Assembly: GCF_032191835.1 (NCBI RefSeq)
Contig: NC_083224.1
Coordinates: forward strand, 170,004,001 to 170,068,000
Reading direction: 5' to 3'
Source: Heteronotia binoei
Lineage: Eukaryota
Length of the DNA stretch: 64,000 bases
The position numbers and the translations under genes are program-made. The notes beneath the pieces are model-generated. The model made no database searches and was not told where the DNA came from. It saw only the letters and a program-made list of their open reading frames with translations. Of this stretch, positions 25,296-38,402 are shown piece after piece (the first letter of the stretch is position 1; each line of letters begins with the position of its first letter).

Positions 25296-25865
25296 AGGGA
25301 TGATGGATGACAGAAATGAAACAGGTTAAGTCTCCATCAACAGACAGTCATGAGACAAATCCTGCCCTGGAGAGGCAAGGCAGCTCAGAAAATACTTTAT
25401 GGTGGGAAGAGTCAGCCTGTCCATGGAACTGGACAGCGTTGCCAGAAAGCCTACATGCTCCTCTCCCCTGTCATACTTACACCCAGTTACGGGAGAGAAG
25501 GAGTAAAACAAGTTGCTACTGCTGTTCCTGCCACATCTTTATTTTAATGGGCAGCAACAACAGCAATTCACAAACAGCTGGTACCATATAAGGAGGGTAA
25601 CACCAAAATGAATCAGTGGAAGCAATAAAGGGCACAGCTTGTTGAGCAGCCCCTCAAGTAGTTCAGCTTCTTTCTCATACAACAGAAACCCTATTTGAGT
25701 CAGTTGGCTGCAAAGTAACACTTGAAATCACTGCCACCCTTTAATTTAGAGCAGTTCTTTCTCACGCAGCCCACCAGGGTAGAAATTCATCTTATGAGCC
25801 CAACAGCCTCGGCCAGGAAACCATCTGCCCTTGTGCAGACAAGCTACAGCAGTTTTGGTACTTAC

Positions 25866-26028
25866 TGAAGAGAGCCAGCAGTTGCGTCCAACAGAGCTGC
25901 TCATCTTGGCTGTAACTGTGCTGCTCCGTCTCGTTGCTGAAGTCTCGCAAGTGATGCAGCTGAAACAGGTTGATGACGGTAATGTGGACTAGCTGCTGAG
26001 AATTGAAGGTTTTCTGGAACAGCAGCCG
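25866..26028 (-). CDS. SMG7: SMG7 exon 9 (163 nt; RLLFQKTFNSQQLVHITVINLFQLHHLRDFSNETEQHSYSQDEQLCWTQLLALF)
   Basis: ttatag|...|gtaagt; translation matches SMG7. Confidence 0.97.
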
Positions 26029-26423
26029 CTATAACAGAGGAAGAACATATACCTATAATTTCCTAAAAATATATAATATAAACAGTAAAATGTGACTGGA
26101 GGCTACCACCAAGCACCTTTTTAAAAAACACACACACTGTTCTGAACAAATGGATCTGCCTTGTACTGAATTACACCATTGATTTATCAAGGGTCATTAC
26201 TGTCTACTGTAACTGGCCATGACTTTCCAGGTTCTCAGGCAGAAGACCACCACCTAATATCTAATCCCTTTAACTGGAGATGCCAGGGATGGAACTTGGG
26301 ACCTTCTGCACACAAAGCAGATGCTCTGCCCCTAACTATGGCTCCTCCCCAAATGTTTCCTCAACATTCCATCAGACCAGGGGTGGCCAAACTTGCTTAA
26401 TGCAAGAGCCACATAGAATAAAT

Positions 26424-28948
26424 GTGGGGAGATTTGTTATCGCCCACCAAATCAAAAGATAGAGGATGATTATAATATGATGGAAGGCTTAAAGAGAGTG
26501 GCTAGACATAAAAACTGTGTCGTCATAGGTGATTTTAACTACCTGCAGATTGATTGGGTCAATATGTGTTTTGAGAGAAAGAGACTGAGTTTCTAGATGC
26601 TCTCAATGACTGTGCTATGGAGCAGATGGTCTCTGAACCTAACAAGGGTGGGGTGATCCTGGATTTGGTTCTAAGTAATGCCCAAGACTTGGTGAGAGAT
26701 GTAAAAGTGATCGCACCACTTGGGAGCAGTGATCATAACGTTATTGATTTCACATAAACAGAGAGTTGCCCCAAAAGACCGGCACAACTACGTTTAACTT
26801 TAAAAGGGGTAAATTCTCTGAGATGAGGAGGCATGTGAAGAGGAAACTAAAAAAAAAAGGTAAATACAGTCAACACTCTTGGGGAAGCTTGGAGGCTATT
26901 TAAAACTACAATCCTAGAAGCTCAGATAAAATATATACCACAAGTTAGGAAAGGCACAAACAGGTATAAGAAAAGGCCTGCATGGTTAACAAACAAAGTA
27001 ATGGAAGCTGTAAAAGGTAAGAAGGACTCTTTTAAGCGGTAGAAAGCTAGTCCAAGTGAGATTAATAAAAGGGAACACAGGCTGTGGCAAATCAAATGCA
27101 AGACTGATCAGGCAGGCAAAAAGGGACTACGAAGAGCATATTGCAAAAAACATAAAGACCAACAATAAAAATGTCTTCAAATATATTAGAAGCAGGAAAC
27201 CAGACAGGGAGGCAGTGGGGCCCTTGGATGATCAAGGGGTCAAAGGATTACTGAAGGAGGATAGGGAAATGGCTAAGAAGCTGAATGAATTTTTTGCCTC
27301 CGTCTTCACTGTGGAAGATGAGAAGTGTTCGCCTGCTCCAGAATCACTTATATTGGAAGGGGTGTTGAAAGACCTGAGTCAGATTGAGGTGACAAGAGAG
27401 GAGGTCCTACAACTGATAGAAGAATTAAAAACTAATAAGTCACCAGGTCCGGATGGCATACATCCGAGAGTTCTGAAAGAACTCAAAGTTGAACTTGTGG
27501 ATCTTCTAACAAAAATATGTAATCTTTCATTGAAATCTGCCTCCATTCCTGAGGACTGGAAGGTAGCAAATCTTACCCCCATCTTTAAAAAGGGATCCAG
27601 AGGAGATCTGGGAAACTACAGGCCAGTCAGTCTGACTTCAATATCGGGAAACCATGATCGGGAAACCATTATCAAGGACAGAATGAGTAGGCACACTGAT
27701 GAACACGAATTATTGAGGAAGACTCAGCATGGGTTCTGTAAGGGAAGATCTTGCCTCACTAACCTGTTACATTTCTTTGAGGGGGTGAGCAAACATGTGG
27801 ACAAAGGAGACCCGATAGATATTGTTTACCTTGACTTCCAGAAAGCTTTTGATAAAGTTCCTCATCAAAGGCTCCTTAGTAAGCTCAAGAGTCATGGAGT
27901 AAAAGGACAGGCCCTCTTGTGGATCAAAAACTGGCTAATTAATAGGAAGCAGAGAGTGAGTATAAATGGGCAGTCTTCGCAGTGCAGGACGGTAAGCAGT
28001 GGGGTGCCGCAGGGCTCAGTACTGGGTCCCATGCTCTTTAACTTGTTCAAAAATGATTTGGAGTTGAGAGTAAGCAGTGAAGTGGCCAAGTTTGCGGATG
28101 ACACTAAATTGTTCAGGGTGGCGAGAACCAGAGAGGATTGTGAGGAACTCCAAAGGGATCTGTTGAGGCTGGGTGAGTGGGCGTCAACATGGCAGACGAG
28201 GGTCAATGTGGCCAAGTGCAAAGTAATGCACATTGGGGCTAAGAATCCCAGCTACAAATACAAGTTGATGGGGTGTGAACTGGCAGAGACTGACCAAGAG
28301 AGAGATCTTGGGGTCGTGGTAGATAACTCACTGAAAATGTCAAGACAGTGTGCAATTGCAATAAAGAAGGCCAACGCCATGCTGGGAATTATTAGGAAGG
28401 GAATTGAAAACAAATCAGCCAGTATCATAATGCCCCTGTATAAATCGATGGTGCAGTCTCATTTGGAATACTGTGTGCAATTCTGGTCCCCGCACCTCAA
28501 AAAGGATATTATAGCATTGGAAAAAGTCCAGAAAAGGGCAACTAGAATGATTAAAGGGTTGGAACACTTTCCTTATGAAGAAAGGTTAAAACGCTTGGAG
28601 CAACGTCGACTGCGGGGTGACATGATAAGAGGTTTACAAGATTATGCATGGGATGGAGAAAGTAGAGAAAGAAGTACTTTTCTCCTTTTCTCACAATACA
28701 AGAACTCGTGGGCATTCGATGAAATTGCTGAGCAGTCAGGTTAGAACGGATAAAAGGAAGTACTTCTTCACCCAAAGGGTGAGTAACATGTGGAATTCAC
28801 TGCTGCAGAAGATGGTAGCAGCTACAAGCATAGTCAGCTTCAAGAGGGGGTTATATATATTTTAAAATTGTGGCCACTGTGTGACACAGAGTATTGGACT
28901 GGATGGGACACTGGCCTGAACCAACATGGCTTCTCTTATGTTCTTATG
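26424..28948 (+). mobile_element. CR1 LINE, 5'-truncated within the APE endonuclease; RT region open as ORF 27056..28744
   Basis: ICYRPPNQ and GDFNY (APE); FQKAFDKVPH, GVPQGSVLGP, FADD (RT); tail ttctcttatgttcttatg; upstream stop and late frameshift. Confidence 0.95.
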
Positions 28949-29181
28949 AGATTAGATTTATATCCCACTCTTCACTCTGAACCTCAGAGTGGCTCACAAT
29001 CTCCTTTACCTTCCTCCCCCACAACGAACACCCTGTAAAGTAGGTGGGGCTGAGAGAGCTCTGTGAGAGCTATGGCTGACCCAAGGCCATTCTAGCAGCT
29101 GCAAGTGGAGGAGTGGGGAATCAAACCCAGTTTTCCCAGATAAGAGTCCACACACTTAACAACTAAACCAAACTGGCTCTC
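28949..29181 (-). mobile_element. Squam3/MIR-like tRNA SINE
   Basis: Reverse head gagagccagtttggtttagttgttaag...gggtttgattcccc; near-identical copy at 35595-35849. Confidence 0.75.
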
Positions 29182-31723
29182 TGCTTTGTGTGCAGAATGA
29201 AGGCAGATTGGGGGAGGGAAAGATGAAAAGAAAGCATCTTTAACTTTAAATGTGTTCTCCAATCTGCCAGCTGGCTTGGTTTGGATAAGTGATTTAAAGA
29301 GACAAATGCCTTCTCCAAGTCAGCCTATGGAGCAGTAGGGGCTTTGAGAGCCACACAGTATGTGTGAAAGAGCCACATGTGACTTCCAAGTCACAGTTTG
29401 GCCACCCCTGCATCAGACTCTAGTATAGCCAAGATCTGAGGACAGGGCTGATCATAATTAAGGGACAGAACTACAATCACAGAAAGACCTCAAAGGGAGA
29501 CAGCAGCTTTGCATTTCCTTCCAGTGCACCTCTTTACCTCATGGAAATGCACGACAGCCACCTTAGTTTTATTCACTGTACCTTGAAACTGGGAAAAGGA
29601 ATAGGCATCTCTGTTCTTATTGTTTGGAGGAAAGGAACATGCGGCTGTGCGATCAGAACATGCTGGGTAATAGAGATGGACAAGAGAAGTTTACCCACAC
29701 CCAATCCTTTCCTCAGCCAAGAGAATCCTAGCTCTTTTCTCAGTATACTATTGACCCTTGGGGTGAAACTGATCAATACTAAGCAAGCCCATGAATCCCC
29801 CTACCCCCGCCAACTCCCCCACAGTTTCAATATCTCTGAAAATTTAACTCCTCTACCCAAGCAAACACTCCTAGACATTCTGCCTGGCTGACTAGACTCA
29901 GACTGGCTCGCTGGTATATAACGGACCACTGACAGAGACTAAGGAAACAGATGGGATGATGACTAAAAAGCAAGCAGGGGGGAAAGGAAGACATGGAAAG
30001 TGTCTGACTAAATACAATCTGAAAGCCAACTCTGCAATAGTTATGGTGGTGAAGAAAGGCTGTTTCTAAAACACTTTTGTGTCTGCTCAGGGCCACTCCA
30101 GCAGAACTTTTCTAATTGATGAAGAGGCCCCTAAGTAGTGAACTCCAAGCGTAACTAGCTAGTATCCTAGGTTACCTTCTCAAACTTGTTTACAAAGCAA
30201 TGTTATAAATAAAATGGCTCATACCTACTCCAAATTTGGGACTCTAGGTGGAATACAGTATTCTGTCAATTATCACAACCTGAGGTAACTGACAAGGTGC
30301 TTAGAGAAATAAGGTATACCACATGCATCTTTGCCCATCTTAGCTAAAACACCTCACTGAGGGGGAGCAGTGTATTGGTCCAAGAATGGTCGCAGGTGAG
30401 CTGCCTTCCCACACTTGGTACAGACTAGAGCTGTACCAAGATAATAAATTTCAGCATCACTGAACATACTTTCTTCCTCCAAGGAGCTCATAATTTTACA
30501 GTGGGCTGTCCTCACAGCCATTTGGGGAGGTTAAATCAAGAGAGAAAGATTTGCTCAAGGCCATTTGGCAAACTTAATGACTTGGACTTGGGTTCCTCTG
30601 AGCCACAGGTAACCACTGTTGTGCTTCAGTTTTAAGGACCAGCATGGTGCAGCAGCAAAGACTGTTGAGCCAAGACCAGGGAGAAGCACATTCAAACCCC
30701 AACTCTGCCTGAAACTGCCCTGAGTGACAGTCTCTGACTAGCCTACCTCACAGGGTAGCAGTCAAGCAGGAGAGGGATATAAGCCATCCTGAACTCCATA
30801 AGGAGGATCAAGGTAAAAATGTGGTAAACAACATTTAAGATTTCAGCCATGTGCTTTAAAGCAGCTATTGACAAAAACTGAACACCACACCGGCTGTATT
30901 CTTGGTCTTTAAGGTATCAGCAAATGGAGAGCCACTGTAAAGCCAGCTATAAGTCACCACCACATTCAAGGCATGTCCAATTCATTTCGATAAAGAGGTC
31001 AACTGCTGAAGATTTCCTTTTGACACAATGTGCAAGATTTATCAGGTTATGAGGCAAGGCAATCAAACCCATAGCCAAAGCTTCAGTTGTGCCATTAGTT
31101 AAGAAAAATTAAGGGTATTAAGGAGACAAACATTCTGCAGTGTATATAAGACAAGAGAGCTAGTTATGATAAGCTTCCTACAAAGCTGCAGTACATGAGT
31201 TAGAATATTTTGCCTTCTGACTACTGTGGCTTGACATTTAACTTGATTGTAACTTAAAATGCAATAGGTGCACTGACTGAAGGTTATATTATGAACACAT
31301 GTCACCAGGAAACAAAAATATCCTAAAATGAGTTAAAATACTCAAATGCTTGATTCTACAGATCAGACCAGAATAGCATCAGCATACCATTTAGGTATTG
31401 GGAGAGCTTATACGGAAAGCAAGAAGAAATTAAAGAAGTCTCTATGTAAATGACCCTAGGCAGGGCATTCTATAAAGGAGGATGCCACCACACACACCAC
31501 ACAGAAGATCCCATCAACCTCATTTGGTAAGGGAAAGAATCCACCATGGGAAATGGAGAAGAAATCAAATAAACAAAACAAGGAAGATCCAAGAAGATGA
31601 AGAGGTAAAGATGGGAGAAGGTGCTCCCAAAAATCTGCATTACCCTGGCAAGGGAAAACACTCAAGACTACCCAACTACCTAACTGGGCCTCAGTTCAAC
31701 AAAGAATTTTTTACAGAACCAAC

Positions 31724-31859
31724 CTTGAACTGCTCCTCTAACTTCTCACGAAGAGGGTTCAACTTCTCCAAGTTCTTACTCAGGTACACATGACCATGGA
31801 ATTTTATAAATGCCTTGATGAAATCGGACACTCCCCATTGAGTCTTCACCTCATCACGA
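31724..31859 (-). CDS. SMG7: SMG7 exon 8 (136 nt; RDEVKTQWGVSDFIKAFIKFHGHVYLSKNLEKLNPLREKLEEQFK)
   Basis: ttgtag|...|gttggt; inside track ORF 31691..31912. Confidence 0.97.
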
Positions 31860-31922
31860 CTACAATCGGAAAGGGGGAGGGGGGAATAGTATTTTAGTTT
31901 TAAAACACACAAACCAGGTTCT

Positions 31923-31943
31923 TATATATATATATATATATAT
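31923..31943. repeat. (TA)n microsatellite (also (CA)n 5564-5580 and (TG)n(TA)n 32528-32553)
   Basis: Read directly. Confidence 0.9.
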
Positions 31944-33128
31944 CTTGCTGGCCAGTCTCTTCTTAAGGGAAATGTGCACACAAGTGGTATTCCCTGTGAC
32001 TGTTCCTCCCATAACACTAAAGATTAATATTAAACTTCTTAGAATCTCTCAAATCTCCCTTTGTGCAGAACAGGAGTGACCAACTTGGGTTCTCAAACTT
32101 CCATCTAGACGTCATGAAAGTAGTTGGTTCTAACCACTAAACCTAAACAGTCTGAGATCAGCATACCTGCAGGACCGCTCTTCCCGGTATACCCCCCAAA
32201 GAGAGTTACACTCTAGTGATCCGTGCCCAAAGAGCGTCTGGCTGTCCTCAACCAGATCCAGGGCTCCAACCTGGTGGAACACACTGCCAAGTGAGATCCA
32301 GGCCCTATGGGATTTGATGCAGTTCCACAGGGCCTGCAAAACAAAGTTGTTCCACTGGGCTTATGGGTGAAGACAGCAATGGGGCTCTATCTCTGACCAG
32401 CTTCCTCTTCTTTCCTCTTTCTTCCTTTTCTCCCTCTCCTTCAGGGATGACAGATTATACTACTGAGAGTTTATACTACTCTCCCCTGAGATTTTATGCC
32501 ATCTTTTAACTATGCTCTTGTTTATTATGTGTGTGTGTGTATATATATATATATAAAATGTATTTATTGTAGTCATGTATTAGAAATAGCGATGTTTGAA
32601 TTGTTTAAATGTTTTTATCAATGTTACCTGCTCTGAGCCTGGTTAAAGGGGAAAGCAGTATACAAATCCAATAAAATAGATACATAAATAAATATAACAA
32701 ATATTCATCTATCAAGTCCAAAGAGAGGTGCAACATTAAAAAGAATGAAATTTCTTAGAATTAGACTGTATCACAAGAACATGGTTGAAGATGAAGTCAA
32801 AAATCTCTTTTCTGACTTCACTCCTCCATATGTACTTGGTACAGTTAATGACAATTGTGTACAAGATACGTATACAAATCAAGATGCTCAGATAGAAACT
32901 GATGGTGCTTTCACATGAGTAGCTACTTTGCATTTATTAAAATATTTACAGACCACCTTTTCTCAGCTGAGATTCAAGGCCTTATAGGATCACATCCTAG
33001 AACAGAAAAGCTTTGCTTCTGCTGCTAGCCCACTAGCAGCCCATATACAGGCATGGTGTCTGATATGTACAACTGCACTGCCTAAGGCTATGCAACAGGC
33101 TACTGTACAAAGACCATACCAGCCTTAC

Positions 33129-33279
33129 CTTTCCAGTGCTTTAGAAAGTGCTTTTTGTAGATTGGTAGAGGCAGCTGGGAAAGGAAACTTCACAGCAATG
33201 CTTCTGCAGTAGTAGAAAATTGTGGTCAGGTGGTCTCCTTTGGAGGATGCCAAAATAGCCAACTGATTATAAGGCTGAC
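33129..33279 (-). CDS. SMG7: SMG7 exon 7 (151 nt; GQPYNQLAILASSKGDHLTTIFYYCRSIAVKFPFPAASTNLQKALSKALES)
   Basis: acttag|...|gtaagg; EST1/SMG5-6-7 signature GQPYNQLA. Confidence 0.97.
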
Positions 33280-34047
33280 CTAAGTAAGGCAACAAAAAGA
33301 AGGGGGGGAGTCTCTTCTAGAACTCTCAACTTAGTTTTGCAACTACAAATTCAACATTCAGACAAAGACTTGTTTTTGGCAGCCTCAGGCTATAATCCTA
33401 AACACACTTACCTGGAAGAAAGCCATTTGATTATAGTGGGACTTACATTTGAGTAGACATTCAAAGGACTGTGCTGCCAGTCTACTTACTCAAATGGCAG
33501 ACATAACTTTAAAAACCTAAATATTTTGTTAGTAAATGAGCAATGTATTCCATCTTGTATTCAGTTTAGAAAAAAACATATGCTTTTCAACTACATAACA
33601 AAATCCACTTTTAAACAATTTCAGCATGAATTAAATATTAACCTGACAGAATACATCAAAAGAAACAAACATCTTTTGACATCCCTTTATCAATGTTGAT
33701 GAAAATCAACTCCATTGACAGCACCACTTTCTTTAGGAAATGGGACAATATGTTTAGTACCCAAAGATGAATCCGCCCCCTTATGTTAAATACAATCTGT
33801 ACCAGTTCAAAAGAGAACTTTTATAAAGTGGTATTTAGCTCCATACAGGTTGCATAAAATCTTTGGGGTAGATAAATATATGTTTAAAATGTGGAATGAA
33901 GTCTGCAGATTTGCGATGCATATAATGGACATGCCCATTTATTAAGAGACTGACCTTTATAATTGTCAGTTTTTGTTACAAGCTATAACTGCACACCTGT
34001 GGAATATCAATGATGCTGCATTTCTGTTGTATTCTATGTTTGATATA

Positions 34048-34344
34048 AGAACCCCGTGGCGCAGAGTGATAAAGCTGCAGTACGGCAGTCTGAACTCTCT
34101 GCTCATGACCTGAGTTTGATCCCGGCAAAAGCTGGTTTCAGGTAGCCAGCTCAGGTTGACTTAGCCTTCCATCCTTCCGAGGTCGGTAAAATGAGTACCC
34201 AGCTTGCTGGGGGGAAAGTGTAGATGACTGGGGAAGGCAATGGCAAACTACCCCGTAAAAAGTCTGCCACAAAAACGTGAAAGCAACGTCACCCCAGAGT
34301 CGGAAACGACTGGTGCTTGCAAAGGGGGATTACCTTTACCTTTT
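34048..34344 (+). mobile_element. Sauria SINE, full length
   Basis: Head ccccgtggcgcagagtg; BovB-like ccccagagtcggaaacgactgg; tail tacctttaccttt. Confidence 0.88.
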
Positions 34345-35092
34345 AGTGTTTGAAAATGTTTTGCATTCCCTATGAGAAGAAACTCCTAATTTAATCTGGG
34401 AGGGGTTTTCACAGGATGAGGCAACAATCAGAAAGGCTCTGCACTTTACAGAAAAATTCTATCCAACGGTGATGAAAGTACTTATTTGAGCAGGATGTCA
34501 CCCATGTCCAGGAAGGGGATGGAGTGTAAAAAGGAAAGGTGGGGGGAGAGGAACAGAGTAGGCAGGCTGTTCAAAAATGGAAGGGGGGATTAAGAAACCA
34601 AAATAGGTGATTGAAGACAAGAGTGTTTGAACAAAATGAAGAGAAATGGAGGGTTTTCCTAAAAGAGGGGGAAAATACATAGACAGTTCTAATAGGAAAA
34701 AAAAATTAAAACTATCCTAGGGAACTTTTTCAATGGAAACTCAATGCAGGCATTAATAAAAAAAAATGGTTCAAATATGATATTCTACCCAGTGTAACAC
34801 ACTGGCCCATTTACTACAGTTTCTTTAGGGAAAAAGAGGTGCATCACTATGTTCAACAAACCAGAAATGAATGCTATGATAAATATGTTCACATGGAATC
34901 TTTAGCAAATATCTTGTAGGTGCAGTAATCGTTTCTCACCATGGGCACTGCAGGGTATTAACTGAGGATGGTATTGGGATTTAACACCCTTAGCTATATG
35001 CTTGCATTTAAAAAGAACAGAGAAGCATGTGCTTAAAGCACCAATTCAGAACTGACAACTCAGCACACATGGATTACATTTCACAAACTCAC

Positions 35093-35164
35093 CATTGGAG
35101 GGAACAAGCTGAGCCGCATGCCTATAGTAGGACTCAGCCTGACTGGTCTGATTCCTGTAGCGAG
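35093..35164 (-). CDS. SMG7: SMG7 exon 6 (72 nt; ARYRNQTSQAESYYRHAAQLVPSN)
   Basis: tttcag|...|gtgagt; contains the Arg equivalent to human R163. Confidence 0.97.
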
Positions 35165-35324
35165 CTGAAAAAAAAAAAACCCCAAGAAGGAAGGTATCAT
35201 GGAATGTTGTCTGGTCAAGTAATATGCCAGTACATACCCACGAGACAGGATTTCTGTACTACAGATTACTGATCTATCCAATTTGAGCTTCATAAAGTCA
35301 TCATATAAATTGGAAGACAAAAAT

Positions 35325-35547
35325 GCCCTGACCTGGATAGTCTAGGCAAGCCTGATCTTGTCAGATCTCAGAAGCTAAGCAGGAACAACCCTGGCATGTA
35401 TTTGGATGGGAGACCTCCAGAGAATACCAGAGTCAAGTGGCAGAGGCAGGCTAACAAGCCACTTCTCTGAAAGTTCTCCATTCCCCAGCAGGAGTCACCA
35501 GAGGTTGCCATGACTTACAGGCACAGAAGCACAAACACACACACACA
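35325..35547 (+). mobile_element. 5S-derived SINE
   Basis: gccctgacctggatag...gatcttgtcagatctcagaagctaagcagg...ttggatgggagacc. Confidence 0.75.
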
Positions 35548-35594
35548 ACACAAAAACATCAAAAAAGCTCCCCAAAAAATGAAGATGACAACTG

Positions 35595-35849
35595 TAGATT
35601 TATACCCCACCCTGAGACTCTGAATCAGAGAGCAGCTTACAATTTCCTTTATCTTCTTCCCCCACAACAGACACCCTGTGAGGTGGGTGGGGCTGAGAGA
35701 GCTCTCACAGCAGCTGCCCTTTCAAGGACAACCTCTGCAAAAGCTATGGCTGACCCAAGGCCTTTCCAGCAGCTGCAAGTGAAGGAGTGGTGAATCAAAC
35801 CCAGTTCTCCCAGATAAGAGTCCACACACTTAACCGCTACGCCAAACTG
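35595..35849 (-). mobile_element. Squam3/MIR-like tRNA SINE
   Basis: Closely similar to 28949-29181. Confidence 0.75.
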
Positions 35850-36092
35850 AAGACAGAAGTCACACCCAACCTTAATCATACTAACTGAATGAAACCTTCT
35901 TGTACCAAAAAAGGGAATACCAAATGTTTGTATGGGGCTGGAGGGGGGGGGGGGGAGAGACAAACTGAGGATGGCCATAGCTATTTTAGCATGTATCCTA
36001 ACCACTCTGCTCAGACAGGTTTGGGGGTGGGGGTGGGGAGAGAAACTTCCCTCCAGTCCAAAGATCCTTTTCCATTATAGGAAAAGACTTGT

Positions 36093-36214
36093 TTTGAGTC
36101 CAGGAGCACCTTAAAGACTTCCAAGGTATAAACGTTCTACAGCCCAAGAACCTTTTGTCAGAGAGACTGTACCCTGGAATTCTTGTTGGTCATGAAGGTG
36201 CTGCTGGACTCAAA
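36093..36214. mobile_element. Penelope-like inverted-repeat mini-element
   Basis: tttgagtccaggagcaccttaaagac ... gtcatgaaggtgctgctggactcaaa. Confidence 0.55.
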
Positions 36215-36823
36215 TCCTGCTCTTCTACTGCAGACCAACACAGCTATCTGCCTGAAAGTTTGCACTCAGTGGCTGGATACAAGCCAGCATCCCACAGTGA
36301 ATTTCAATCTCGCTTGGCTGACACTGGACTAGTAGACCTTAGTATGTACCAGCAAGGCAATCATTTGTCATGATTTTCTTTGCCTCTTCCAAATACAGTT
36401 TTGCACTGCTGTTAAAACTCTTCACATGAACTACACTTTCCCCTGTCTCCAAAACTCATCAGGTCAAACTTCAGTCCTTTCTGTACAAGCAGGCGGAAAA
36501 GAACAGCACAATTCTACAAACAAAAAAAGTGCTTTCTGCAACAGTCACTTGAGGGACAGGCAATAACTGGTAAAGAAACAAGCGTGCAATATCATTAAAC
36601 TGCCTGACCTTGAAGCAACCAGTTTCAACCAGTCCCTGCTCAAGAACTAGAGGGTCCCCCCCCTCAACTGTTGAGATCAACAATGCTTTTCCTTACATGG
36701 TCCAGTTCTGTTCTCCCAGACCACCACAATTCCTTTCCCAATTGCTTCCAGAAGCTGCATCTTACTCACTGTCACAGGTAATACTGTACAGAGCATTGCG
36801 GCTTTTCTGCCCTTATGACTCAC

Positions 36824-36995
36824 CAATGTCTCCAAGATGGACAAGGCAGTGCTGGCAAATATATGAGCAGGAGCTAGATTGTGGCTTCACAATGGCGCTG
36901 GTGTGCGTCTGTTTATTGCTGATAATCCCCAGTTGAGAGGACTTCACACGACAGGGCAAATCTACATTAAACACTGTGCACAGTTCCTGCAGCAG
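36824..36995 (-). CDS. SMG7: SMG7 exon 5 (172 nt; LLQELCTVFNVDLPCRVKSSQLGIISNKQTHTSAIVKPQSSSCSYICQHCLVHLGDI)
   Basis: ttccag|...|gtgagt; translation matches SMG7. Confidence 0.97.
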
Positions 36996-38269
36996 CTGGA
37001 ATGAGAAACAACAAAGTTTTAGTAGTCGAGTCAGACAGACATGGTTGTTTCATCAGGCCTCCTACAGAGAATCGGGCCTTGAGCAACCTCTATTATTCTC
37101 CCATCATCATCTCCTCAAATGAAAAGCTTTTGCTTGAGATTAAGAGTGCATGGAAATTTAACATTTGCAGAGAACATATTCATTCCTGCTACAATCATTT
37201 CCCACCTTCGCAGCTAATGTCAGATGAGAGGCATTTGCTCAGTTGTAGAATACACGCTTGCATCCAGAAGGTCCCAGAATCCAATCTCTGGTATCTCACA
37301 AAGTTAGGAGAGATTTCTACCCGAGACACTAGAAAGTACAGAATATTGAGCTTTGGATCAGCTAATAGCCTGACTGAGAATACAGGAGCTTTAAAAAGGA
37401 TCTAATGTTCTGGCAAAACGCAGAATTTACTGCAAACACACACAATAAGAGTTGCATAAAATGAAGTAGAAAAAAATGTATTGCTTTCAGAATACATTAA
37501 TCTGGAAAAAAGTCCATCTTTTCCCCTCCCATACATACTACAAAGTTATGGAATTGTAAGACTGTTTCCAAAACACAGCAATTATAGGGAAGTGGCAGGC
37601 CACCATGCTAGTCAAGCACCAAACAGTACAATGTGGCCATGTACCAACAAGGCAGAGATCTCTGCCTACTCAGGGAATTCTCTAGTTGTGCAGGGGGAAA
37701 AAAATTCAAACCTAGCCAGATCAGGACTGACTATGCCCCAGGATAATGGATGCCGCAAGCACATGACAGACAATTAGAAGAGGAAAGGAAGAAGGCTGGT
37801 GGATCTGGCTTAAATCCTGAAGAGGGAGACTGGGAGCAGGATTTCCAAATAAATTTCCTTGGACCGCATTTCCTTGCAGACCTCCCAGCTTGCCAACTAC
37901 TAAGGCAAGGCAGCTATGCTTTGAAACTTCAGAGTAGAATATTTTAAGAAACTTCTTTTTACACGGGGACTAGGAATGCCACATTAAAATCCTAAATTTT
38001 GCACTGAATTATGACTGTTATTTGGTGGCTACAATTCAGGGAGATTTCAGAACTTGCAGTGTTTGCTATATTCAAACCAAAAATCTCAGAAGGCAAAAGC
38101 TTGCCGGTCAGGAGCAAATGGGTCAGAAACTGATCAGAAACTGATCTGTGCAGCGCAAAGCCGTGTAGCCTAAACGCCTGAAACCCCCCTCTTCTGGAGA
38201 AATTTTCCAGTCACTTTAAGGATTTTCCACTGCTACAGGAATGCCATTGCTAAGCCTCAGCAGACTCAC

Positions 38270-38402
38270 CTGTGTATAGAAGCCACTAGCTGCCTCTAGG
38301 AACAAAGAGAGGTTTGCCTGGACTTCGCTCCGATTTGGATTTGCTCGGTTTTTTGCTTGACCCTGTAGAGTTGTGATCTGATTCTTAAAGGCATGATTCC
38401 AC
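38270..38402 (-). CDS. SMG7: SMG7 exon 4 (133 nt; WNHAFKNQITTLQGQAKNRANPNRSEVQANLSLFLEAASGFYTQ)
   Basis: cctcag|...|gtgagt; contains the Lys equivalent to human K66 (phospho-UPF1 pocket). Confidence 0.97.

Larger units (their letters stand above)
26378..29410 (+). mobile_element. hAT MITE split by a CR1 and a Squam3-like SINE
   Basis: TIRs caggggtggccaaac / gtttggccacccctg; perfect TSD catcagac at 26370-26377 and 29411-29418; body matches the 54225 copy. Confidence 0.88.

Noticed and set aside
27056-28744. Domesticated or active reverse-transcriptase gene
   Set aside because: 5'-truncated inside the endonuclease, no ORF1 or promoter, an upstream stop and a late frameshift; a dead-on-arrival CR1 copy.
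37028-37115. C/D snoRNA-like pattern on the minus strand (ATGATGA...CTGATGA...CTGA)
   Set aside because: The D box coincides with the likely branch point (ctgac, 36 nt from exon 5). The terminal stem is only 3 bp and I recognised no rRNA guide.
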